DNA of 64,000 nt from Bispira polyomma. Lineage: Eukaryota. Positions within the stretch are counted from its first letter, which is position 1; every line of letters begins with the position of its first letter. Where the stretch lies: positions 17,546,001 through 17,610,000 of the forward strand of contig OZ287760.1 in the NCBI GenBank assembly GCA_965649765.1. Reading direction: 5' to 3'. The translations under genes were made by a program, and so were the position numbers. The notes beneath the pieces are model-generated. The model did not search any database. It worked only from the letters and a program-made list of their open reading frames with translations, and had not been told where the DNA came from. Shown one piece after another: positions 1 through 12,300 of this stretch.

Positions 1-3000
1 GTTCCCTAAATATCTAAAGATAGGTTGGCACATAGGAGATAAACTATGTTTTAACAATAAAACAATTAATAAAAGTGCATCTTAAATATATTCTTTTCCA
101 ATAATTATTCAATAAATAATTAATACGCTACCCTAAGATGGGCAGTCATTTAAGCTGGGCCGTGTTAATCATAGTAAAATTGAGCTAATCGGCGGCCCCG
201 CCGTTTTAAATGGCAGGTAACTTATTCACCTGAACAAAATACATCATGTTTTTTCTATTTCATATTTGTAACTTGCAACTTTTAATTCTATATGATTAAT
301 TGAAATTTCCAAGTAAACAGAATACTATAGCCCCTACACATATATGTGGTGATGGGCTATTTATCTTGTGTACCTTGCAAACTAATGTCAAGTCACCTCC
401 TCTAACTTACAACTCTCTGATACACAAGGGGTAATGAAGCTTACACTGGGAACACAAATCTGTCCTAATCAATTATACTATTACACCATTTACAAAGGTA
501 TTCATCTTTGTTCACTTCACACCTTGACTGCACTATTATTAGTAAAAATGGCACAGGCAGACTTTGAGGGGAAAAATAGTTTGTTTTAGTTATGTCTTTA
601 TAATACTGAAAATTGCCACAACTTGAAAACAGCCAATATATATGCCTTTGTAAAGCCACAGCAACTGTGTTGCTTATAAACTGTGTTTTATTTCATACAT
701 TAGATGTGTAACAATATCAATAAATTTTATTATTTAACTTCATTTAAAAGTATTTATTTAAAAAAACTTATTTTATGGTTTCACTTATGGAAAGTCATGA
801 ATTCAAAATGGGTTTTTAAATATAAATCAACATTTTAAATAACAGCAAAGTACTAATAATATCAAAGTACAGCTGTAATACTTACATGGGGAAATAGAGC
901 TGCATGGATATCATGTGTTATTCTTAGAAAGCCAGCACTATAAGCAAGACTCTTCTGTCAACACTTGTGGCCAGTTATTAATGAGATTAACACAAGATAG
1001 TCAACACACCCATAAACCGGGCATATTTAATCCAACACCCACTTTTAAACCCCAATGTCCCACATTTCAGTTTATGCTTAATCACCAGTGGTACAAATGC
1101 TTTTGTCGACAGCAATAAAAACCAAAAAGAAAACACCCAGCCCATGTATTATGGATGAGTGTGTAAGCTAATCTTCTCAACAAAGAGAGCTTTCCAATTA
1201 ATTGGCTGAGACTGATCAAAGTGTTCCAATTCCTAAGAGGTCACAGGGTCTCACAAGCAATGCAGGCCAGATAAGTGCATGAAAAATCTGGATCTGATTT
1301 CCAAAGTGAAGGAAGCAAATACGTTGCTTTAAAATAGTTCCATTTCCTTTTTTTCTTGGAGGGTTGAGGTCTTATTTGAAGTTTGTATTATCCATGTATT
1401 ATCTATAGTGTGCCAAGAGATTTGTAACCTACTATTTATAACCTAAGAAATAATTTGAAGCTAGTTTCAATATTGGTGATTTTTTTTTTAATATCGTTCA
1501 TACACTTAAAGGGGTTTTAAAGTGATACAGCTGTTTGGAACAATAATTAGAGTTTTGCATTTCAAGCTTTTAAACCTAAATTTTTTGACCTATGGAATAA
1601 TTTCAAGGGAGTTTAAATATCAGTGATATTATTTTAATATCTTTCAGCTTTGAGTTTCCAGCTTTGAGATTTTGTTTCCCAGAATTCATGGCATTTCTCA
1701 TGCTTTATCAGTTTAGAAATGTTTTTGAGTTTCCAGCTTTAACATTCATAGTGTTCTACCAACTCCACCCATTACCAGAGCAGTAAATGGCACCTTGAGC
1801 CACAATATTGCATGAAAAAAGATGAGTTTTGTGTATTGACCAGAATACGAACTCTTCATTTGTCTAATCTTTCCACAAGGTTGCACCTTGCCGTCAGTCA
1901 AGCGTTGGCTGGGGGGTTATTGGAGCCATTGACTAATTAAAGAAACCTGGAATATGAATAAGCGACCCTGACCTTTATTTCCCTGAGCACACCAGCTGTT
2001 GGTTAAGGTGGGGGTCGTCCCAAAAGCTCACTCTATACATTAATAATCAAGATGAAATTAGAGAATAAATGCTTTTGCTTTTACAGATGATTTGTACACA
2101 TGCAATATAATTGTAAAATTGATGTCAGTTTGCTATCCCACAATATTAAATATTATAATGCTAGCTGTATCAACCAAAGGTGATATGAAGTGAAATATGT
2201 CATCCTATATTTAAATGGAAACCAAACTGCACACCTATGCTGGACAATTAGCATGACCTTTGTTTACCTACCACATAAGTCATGTGACAGAAAAAAAATT
2301 CATTTGTTTTGTTGAAAAGGTCTATACAGTAAACCCTTAATTGTTTTGCCCATGGATGTATTTCTTGACTTGATTGTATTGGTTTACTAGATATCCTGTA
2401 TAGCCTGTGGACAGTTTGCTGTGATATTAACCAGTCCACATATGTACAGCAATCACAGACACAGAATGAATCTTGTCTAAGATCTTGTGTACACACATCT
2501 GTGGCTGCTGCTGGTGTACTGTTGTAATCTTAAGCTCAGTTTTCCATATTCTAACTGTGTCCTTATTGCATTTCACTGGAATATTGTGGTGCAGTGTAGG
2601 CTTTTGGGGGTCTTTGAATAGTGCTGAATGTTGGAGTTTGCAATGTCTTCCACTTCAAGTACACCAGACATGCTTTGTATATCCTGTATTCTTAAACCTT
2701 TTACATGTGTGGGACCTGCTGTTAAGAACCTGTATACCCCAGGCTTATGCTGTCTATACAGTTGTGGCAAGGTCACCCACTCCATGTGTATTTATCTAAC
2801 CTTGTTTGAGGCTTATACATTTGTTATGCGTTTGTTTTACATTTTATACCATTGAATATAGTGAGTTTTCTTACCTTTTGAGACAGTACACACAGACGTC
2901 GACAAGACATAACTTTAATTGACAAATAGGTTGTGTGCAAATATTTCCAGCAATATTTAGTGAAGACTCTGTGAACTCTAGAAACTGGGCGAGCCTCGTG

Positions 3001-3305
3001 AAAGGCTAATATCAATCATTTCAAACATAAAACCCTAATCTATACAGCTCTCTGTCCCAGTGAGACAGTCCCCACACAGCCCCACTCAAAAACACTGTTG
3101 AAACAGATAATTGGCAAATTGCATGAGGGGAATCTTGTTTTTGAGGAAATACACAACGCCAAATGCTGTGCCCAATGTATTGATCAAATCTACTCCCTCC
3201 TCTTCTTCTACTACCCGATCGACACACTGGTGGTTGTAATCTGTACAAATAATTGCAAACTTTTGGAACACAGACGAATTATGTCTCAGTTAAAGGAGAA
3301 CAATT

Positions 3306-3307
<2 letters not shown>

Positions 3308-3362
<55 letters not shown>
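3308..3362. repeat. (TA)n microsatellite
   Basis: Direct reading. Confidence 0.95.
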
Positions 3363-3365
<3 letters not shown>

Positions 3366-4657
3366 TAAAGAGGGAGCTCTTCTTTTACCTCAATACATTG
3401 TAAGACATGTGTACACAGGTATATGTGGGACTCTCAACTGATGCTGAAGATGAGGAGGCTAAGAAGATATATAGAATTCAGAGACATAGATAGGAGTCCA
3501 ATAACTGAAACAATACCAAAAGTGTCAAAAGAAATCCCCCTTTTATCTTTATAAAGTTTTCTGTGCCTCCTTCTCCCCTCTAGAAAAAATTAGATCCGTT
3601 AGTTTCTGTGACATCAGGTTTGGTCTACTGTACTTTAGGAAGACTATTCATCTTACTTTTCTCGGTCTTGAGGACTCAATCAAGGGAAGAAGACTCCCCA
3701 GCAAATGGAAGCAGCTTGAATTTTGGACGTGATCGTGTTAAGAAGCTGAAGTGTGCTGAAGTATTTTGGAAGGGGGGTTTTCTTTAACATTGGCAGCAGA
3801 GATTTCTGGGGGTGTGCTAAACAAATGGTCATTTAGAGAACTATAAGAGACAGTGGCTTACCTTGGCTTGTCTCCCTTCATTACACTGCATTAAGTGTCC
3901 CAGTTGCAGAGGTGACCAGGAGCAGTAGAAGAGTGTGTGTCCCTTTAACTGGTCAGCCAGTAGTAGCATTGGTTAGACTCCTGCAATATGGTAAAGTCAC
4001 TGTCACATATTTGCATTTCTGGAAAGCAAGTAGAGTAGAGGATTCATAGTTTTACTAGCATGCATTCCCTGACTTTAACATAAATCTTGCTGTGTTGAGA
4101 TCCATTTCACTTTGTCTTAATATCTGACTTTGATTCATATAAGAAATACAACTGCATATAAATTAAACCTGTGTATATCTAAAATGGTTTTAAAGAGGAC
4201 TATGTCAAGATAACCTCAGCTTGATTTTGTGACTTCAGTTTACAAAAATTATTTTTGGTAGTGTAAGTAAAAATCAGTATTTAAGGTGTTTTATTAAAAT
4301 CAAGTACACTTTCAGCTCATGCATAAATAGCAAATTGGTGTCAGAGCTAAAAACAAACCCGCAGTGCACTCATTTGAGTCATAGCTCAGAGATTGTAATA
4401 GTAGCAGTTCAGTTACTGTACTGTCATTCAGGGCATGCTTTGCCAGTGTCATGGTGAAACCAGTGGAATCTGCTCTCAGTTAAACCTAAAAGCTTGCAAA
4501 AAAAAACTATACAAATTAGTGTTAACCTAGTTGATGATAACAAATCTATATCAGGCAAAAATAAGATTATTTATAATAATGTCATTGTGAAGCTGGGGAT
4601 TATTTTTCCTTGAAGACCGTTACCGATGCTGTATTGGGGAAGACTCCGAAGAGAATA

Positions 4658-4742
4658 TGTGTGTCTGTTTGTACCCTGTAGATCCGAATTTGTGGTTGTG
4701 GGCAACAAATTCGCGTCTTTTAGGGTTTCGAAAGGACATACC
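4658..4742 (+). ncRNA. mir-10: microRNA miR-10 precursor hairpin (mature 5p 4672-4694 UACCCUGUAGAUCCGAAUUUGUG; 3p arm ~4706-4729)
   Basis: Sequence matches the conserved bilaterian miR-10-5p as I recall it. The complementary 3p arm is CAAATTCGCGTCTTTTAGGGTTTC. Processing motifs are present: basal UG at 4658-4659 (-14), apical UGUG at 4691-4694, and CNNC (CGTC) at 4746, 17 nt after the predicted 3p end. It lies upstream of Hox4 on the same strand, the canonical miR-10 position. Confidence 0.97.
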
Positions 4743-7700
4743 TGTCGTCTGTATAATGGGTTTTGTGAGAGGATATAGCAGAGAATAGACAGTAAAATAA
4801 AATAGCAGTTTCCAGTGATTTATGCTTTCATTGCAGAGTTTTGCAACATAGAGATAATCATTATTGCATTGTCATTCATCTTTTGCAAAATATTTAATAC
4901 AAAATAGAAAACCTGAAAAAATCAAATTAAACTAAAGCATTATAAAATTACTCTATTCATGTGAGCCACCTGGTGAGAGGATGTGGCGTTATGGATGTCT
5001 TATAAGTGCTGTTTTTGTGTATGTGGAGATATATGTACATCAGAGATTAACTTGAAAGGAGGCTCCTGAAAAGTAGAAAGAAAGAAAAATTGGCCCAAGG
5101 TTGCACACAATTGCTAACGGCAAAGAGTGTAAAAAGGGTAGTTTCCCCAAGTAGTAAAATGGTGTGTGCTGGAAACAAAGGTAGTTTTTGTTCACTCCGT
5201 TTTAGAAGCTATTTATCACCATGAGGGAAGATATATGTGGAAAAAGCACATGATTAATGTCGGGGAAGAGTTAGTTGCAGTCAACAGAAGATTGCAGTAC
5301 CAATGTAAAATATGCCATGATGTATAGCTTTGGAACATGTGAGATATAGAGGAAGAATTGCATCTTTTATTTGGGCAGTAACTGCCAGTCACTCCTGTAG
5401 TTTGTATTTAGTGTAACTGTATCTATATATGATGTATCTTAGAAAATAGAGATGCACAAAATTAAAAAAATGAAACCCCCTCCCCAACTGTAATACACTA
5501 TTAACTATCTCCAGATTACAAATTAATCATCTAAATTCTGTCTTCTTATATCTCCACTTCTAATCCACTGTTTTAGACTGTATGGTGATACTCAAAATGT
5601 TTGAAAAAATGGGTACACATGGTATTGTTACAAAATTTAATAAAAAAAAAAAGCAAATATAAAACTGTAAGTCAGTGTTTACAGTGACTAAAAAAAGCAT
5701 TTCAAAGACGGGATGGGGGATGGTGCCCTTGTCACTCGAATAAAATATATATCTTTCTAAAACAAAATGTACTCTTTACCTTTCCAAGTAACATGGCTTT
5801 TAGGTTAAAAAATAGCCCCCCTCCCCCTTCCCCAAACAACTTGCCAAAGACAATTAGGGGATCATTGTGTATGCATGTCTTTTCCCTGGTCCCCTCTATT
5901 AAGCAGTGATTATTTGATTAGACCATCCTTATACCCACATGTCCTACCACAAAATGACTTTGAAGCCTCGTCTGTCAAAGTTATGCATGGATTTGTTGCT
6001 GGCTAGTAAATCAAGATAGATAGAGGGTGATTGAGCCAGCGTATTGAACTTGTACACAGAGAATGTGAGGACATATCCAGACAGAAATCTGAACATCATC
6101 ACAGGACAGACAGTAATGACACAGACCTAGAACTGTTTTTTCCATGTAGGACTAACTAAAAATAGATTTTAACCCTTCGTTCTGGTTTTGTATATCATAT
6201 TATTAATGCATTTTTTTTTCTATACATTTTTGGACTTTTTAATTTTTTTGTATAGATGTATGTGCATTAAGGCTTAACAAAAAAATACATATAAAACTTG
6301 TTTAATTAGAGGAATACCCCTATCTCAAACAGTTAACAGTATTTTTGTTTTAACATTGTAGACAATTCATTCATTTATTATTGATCTTCGTTAACTTATG
6401 CAATGCATGTTTCTTTTGTGTGTGTATAGGTAAAACTTAGAGTCTATATAGATATATATCTATATTATTTGCTGCAATTTTTGACATAACCTTAGATATA
6501 ATAAAAGACACCCATAAATAAATAATAACCTTTGCTAAACTCTACAAAACAAATAGAACAGTAAAATAATAAGAAATTTGTGATGTAGCACAATATACAA
6601 AAGCACGCCGCAATACCTGCAATCTTTCTTAAATTGCAATCTTTTCTTAAACTGTACATCTTCCCGTTGGTTGAAAGTTAAATAATTTGCTTTTAGATGT
6701 GCTAGTATTTTTTATATCTTTCTTAATCATATCAAATGGGACAATATACTGGAACATCAACCACATGATTGTGAAATTTAATTTGAATTGGGATATTTAA
6801 CGTCCACTCTAGTACCTGTTTAGGTTATCACATGATTGTGAAAATGAAGATAAATAATACTTTAGAGGGAAAAAACATCTGTCATTTATTGGGATCCATG
6901 TTTTTGTTTCTGCTCAATAAATAAAGATACAAAGAACAACACAAGTGAATCTCCTGGAACCAACTTAGAGCCAGTAGCTCATTTGGTTCTTAATAGCTAT
7001 TTAGCATACACAATTATCACACAAGGTACATTGGCCTTGTGACCAATTCATTTGACTTTTATTGTCTTCTTCACCTTTCTCCACTTTTTCTAAACTCTTG
7101 CTTTTGTTAATTAGGAAAGAATCTCCTTGCAAAGTGACCATGGCAGCCTCTTAATGAGTGGCCTAACACGGGGCTCTGTCATTGGGTTAATTTGATTGCT
7201 TCACCAGTCACCTATTCCACTTGGTGTCATGTTTTTTTATGTATTTATTTTATAAATAGACATTTACTAGTGGAGTGGAAATCACCCTTCAAAAAACGTC
7301 ATCTTAGACTTAAGCTCAATTCTGAAGTACACACATTTCAGGCTTTTGTTAAGTTGAATAAACGCCACCAGCATATTTGAATTCAGTGCAGACAGGTCAA
7401 ATAAAATGAATCGTCACAAGAATATGTCGTTTCCATATATAAGTACTTCTTCCTTATATAGCCATTACTTTGAGTCGAGTTTGAGCTTCAGGTATATTAG
7501 GATAATATGGGCCCTCATGGCCAGGATCCCATCTACTCGGCATGAAGTCTTTCCCACCACCATACCCCCACCCCCTCGGGCTGCTGTGCCCTGGTCTTTT
7601 TTTAGATTGTTTTGTTTTCCTGATAAATCACATGTGGCTGGCTGCTTAAAGTTAATTATTCAAACACAGTCAAAACAAGTGAAATGGATTAGTGGGCGTG

Positions 7701-9328
7701 ATAGTCATGTATCATTGGTTTGTTGTGTGTGTGGGTGGGTGGGGATGGTTGGTGGTGGTGGTTGGGCTAGACCCACCCCCTGGGGGGAGAGGAGTGGCCC
7801 ACTTGTCTGATACTTCCAGCTCATCGCCTGGCCCATCTGGGACTTGCATAGCTCAACCCAGCTCTACCCTGTCTGGGATGCAAGAGACAACAGCCTTTAT
7901 TAGGCATGTGTCTTTTGTGAATACAGAAGCTACAAATGAGTTTTGATTTAAACTTTGCCTTTAGCTATGTGCAAAGGCTTTCTGTCATCCAATAGGCATG
8001 TGTCTAATTTAGACCAACTTAAGCAATAAAATTAATGCTTTCCAAAATAATGCTTTCCAAAATAATGCTTTAAAACTGACCTTTCAGTTCAAAGGATTTT
8101 CTAAAGATATGAAATGTAAAGTTCTAGCTAGTTATAAAAACCTATTAGAAATTTCCCTGCCAAGTGCAATCAGGTCCTTTGTAATAACAACTCCTTTGCA
8201 ATATTTTCACAAAGCAGAAATGTGTTTTTTCGTAAATATAATGGCTTCCATCAATATATATTGATCAGGTATTTCATTGTTAGATTAGCTTTTTTTATCG
8301 TTCAATTTGATTTCAGTGTCTGCAAAATATTTAACCAAATCCTAAGAATGCAATAGCTTGTGAACTAAAAATTTCACATGGGTTTCTTTTCCCTGCTTTC
8401 CTTTGATTTTTGTTGTAATTCTTTTGTCTAACTTCTGTGTTCTAATGCTCTTTACCATAGTGAAAAAAAATCTTCTGTATTCGTCCAATACAGGTAACAT
8501 GTCAACAATACATTTAATTCCAAAGGCCACAACACAGTCTGTTCATCCCTTTGTGAGTTTATAAAAGACTTGAATACCACCTTTGTTGTTCCATTTGACT
8601 GTTCCATCATTGTTCAGTTCTTTCTGAACTACAGACAATGTATTCTGTACCAAATGCTGGGGTAATCAAAGGGTCTCACTTTTTTATATATTCTGCGAAA
8701 TTCAGTTTTACAATTATTTTTGGTAAGAATATTGATGGATTACAAGAGTTTGGGCAACATTTTTTATCAGTTTTCGTGGCACATCTGTTTTTTAGTTGGA
8801 CACTAAATTAAACAGCTGTAGTTTAGTTGAATATATGATAATACTACAGATAGTGAAAATATTTTGCTCAAATGCTTGGGAATCAAATTTTCTGGCTCCT
8901 TGTATTCTTCAAGAATCAAAGTCAGAATATGTATACCAATGGTGATATATAAGTATTGTTATATCAGTTTATATCACATGTGGTCTCTAAACTATTTACA
9001 GTAGGTACAATAATTAAATTGAAGAGCTGTAGGGCAGCTGAAAACTTTGTATTTTTTTGGTTATGCTCCTAAATTATGTACTTTGAGCTAAATAAATAAA
9101 GTAGGGAGTATAAAAAGGTAAAATCTAAATAGAATTAAAATAAGACAGAATATTACTGGTTTTATTATATAGTGTTTTCTTAGTACAGAAAACAATAACT
9201 AATTTTGAGAACCTAAAAGCTTAAAATCTGGAGGTAATATTAGTACCAGCTGCTTCAGATCTTGATTGGTCTTCACTGCACAGATGATCAATCATCCTGT
9301 TCAACTGAAGGCCATTCTTGTGTATCAA

Positions 9329-9364
<36 letters not shown>

Positions 9365-12300
9365 TCTTCTTCCCTCTCCTCCTCCCCACTTCAGCACCAG
9401 TAAACAGCTGGTTTACAATATACACAAGCTAAAACCAAAGTACTGGCACTCTGCTATGATCATCCATGGATCCACACACCAATACCACCAGGTCTAAGGT
9501 CATCCACTGCATTCCAGATGGCTTCATGTCCAGAGAAGATGCTCACTCTCATTGGTCTTTTGCCCCCTGCAGGATCTATTTTTATCCCTCCACCACAAGG
9601 GGCCTTATTTGTTTATTTTACTGGTGTAAACATTCTTGGCCCATTGAGCCAGAAGGGATATAGTGTAAGCTAGTAACAGCAGACCACACCTAGAGCATGT
9701 GGGAAAAAAACAGAAATGGATGGTCTGGATGATAAAAATATACTGATACACTGGTCCCCCCTGCAGTCTTATAACAAAGGTCATGGACAAGATTAGACCT
9801 AATGGTGATGTATCAAAAATGTCTGGTCAAACTTGCATTTAGAAACAAAAATATGTTGATTTTCTTCTTTATTTGTGGTGGCTGTTTTAACAAAAAAAAA
9901 AAATAATACTGATTCCCTGCCCACATTAACTGGGTTTTTTTCTACATTAATCTTATACATAAACAAATATACTGAATATGTATAAAATAAACACTAAAGA
10001 ATTCTTCGAATAACAATTTTTTCTTGTTGATTTTTTTTTGTATTTAAAGTATTTGTAAGTATTTATTTATCTTATCTAAAAGTGTGTGATTACTGTTTCC
10101 AAAACATTGGGTGAAACTTTTAAAGAAAATCAGGTAGACTTCTGACATTTATTTATTTATTTATTTATGCACACTACCAGTAGAAGGTATATGCTTGTGA
10201 GATATTTCATGTTTACATATGTGAAGATAAATTGCTGCCTAGTTGACCCAGTTAGCACGACAGCTCCCATTAATCTATAATGTACAGCTATGTGTAAGAC
10301 CTATACACTAGCTAATGTTCCCCCCACCAATTTCAATCAGGTCTTTTGCAATAAAACTCCTTTACAATATTGGCTTTTTAGCACCCAGTCCATAGCTTAG
10401 CAATAACATTGTTTTAATAGGCTATTGAGTGGCGGGAATATGGGCATGTAAAGGCTCATAAATAGCCACAACTTGCTCGTATATACGACCATTATAGTAC
10501 TAGAATGGCCCCCCCTTTATGTCCTCGCCTCTTGAAGAGAGAGAGAAAAAAAATAAAGGCAATTGATCAGCTGATTTTTGTTGATAAACATTGGATTTCT
10601 GTATGCTAAGAAAGAAAAAAAAAACAAGGATTCTGTCTGATAATATAGTTTTTTAAGTCTACTTTGAGGCATATAACAAATGGTTTGAAGGGAATATGAT
10701 ATAGTGAAATGTTTGCTATAGTTAGAGATCAAATAATTTCAATGTAAATAAATTGCTGACGTATCTACCATGTGTATTGGACATAATTTTCAATATTTTT
10801 ACAGTCATTAAAGTAAAATGTGTATTCCTCTTTTTTTCTCACAAATTCATTCCATAATGTATAGTATTAACCCTGTTTAGAATATGTTTCAATGTAACAC
10901 AATTAACAGTTGTACTAAAACTAAAAAATCTGAGAAATATACATTTAATTAATAGAAATATATTCCAGATATTGGTATTTAAAAATACAGAAGATAAGTA
11001 ACTAAAAAACTATTTTTAATTACCTTAAATATCTAGTTTTACCAAACAAATGATGTTTTAAATTTGGTGCACAAACCAACACACTCAGAAGACATGATTA
11101 TCTATATAAATAAATCTCAAGCATTTACAGACACATAAGAAACAAAATAAACCATTATATCATGCCTCTGACAAAATAAAATCTTTCAATGTTTGCATTC
11201 TAAAAATTAAAACTTTATAGAACAAATAATGGATGAACTTTATGTTTGCCATGCACATTTTTATAAATATATATACATAGAACTGAAATGTATTTAAATA
11301 TGGTCCACCATAGACTTTTACCACCCAAATTAAAAAAAATTAGGTTCAACAGTGATTACTTTCCAAAAATTTATTGTGGAAAAAAATGACAATCTAGTTT
11401 ATATTTTGTATTTCTGTTTTAGATAATAAAACAGTACACAATCTTTTAGATATATTTTGGGAATTTTATTTAAAACATTAAAAATTGAGCAATTAATTTA
11501 TTAACATTTTGGCCAAACCCAATTTTCTAAATGGCTTCAATAAAGATTAAACAATTAATTGCCAAGTCCAAAAAAATGCTCAAGTTGTTTATTTAACAAG
11601 CATATGGTATTTATTTGGTAAATAGATACCTCTAAAATAATTTCTTAAACTTAATATATAAAAACCTATTTTAAGTTCTTGCTACTGAAAAAAATTTCTT
11701 TAAACTATCCATATAAAAAAAAAACGCTATTTTATTTTGAAGCAACATTGCCTGCGTCCTTTTGCACAAGACCTCATTAAATGTCTATAATAAATTGATC
11801 CACTTTAATGAACACAAACTTTCTGACTGCCGGTTGTTTATAAATCAATATGACCAGGTTCAATTCCACATTGACAGGAAGATGTATGGGCGAGGAGATA
11901 ACACTTTCAATGTTCACAAGTGCTGGGATAAATCTTTTCTTCTTCTTTTCACTAATTGATTTTCCTTATAAATTACAAATAGCCTTAACCTTCTGAGGCC
12001 ACTGGTTTTGTCTGAAATAGACTAATAACTCTTTTCAGAGGTTTGTCCTCCTGGTGTGTATAATTCATTACTTGTTTGGGATTCTCTTTTTGAAAACCAA
12101 AATATGTAAACACAACTAAGGCATGATGTTAATCTGCCCTTTCTGTATAAATGTGTGTACTTACTAGTTAAAGTTTAAAAAAATATTTTCAGGTTTTACT
12201 ACATATATATGAATATATATTTCACATGTGTTTGTGTTTGATATAGTTTTTTGTTTGTTTGGTTATTTTTTTTAAGAAGAAAATAATTCATGTTTTAGTC

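Noticed and set aside
1237-1252. AGGTCA-CA-GGGTCT, a DR2-like retinoic acid response element
   Set aside because: The second half-site is imperfect. I found no convincing DR5/DR2 RARE anywhere by eye.
3098-3441. ORFs with YIYIYI runs (also 20461, 47042)
   Set aside because: Translations of (TA)n microsatellites.
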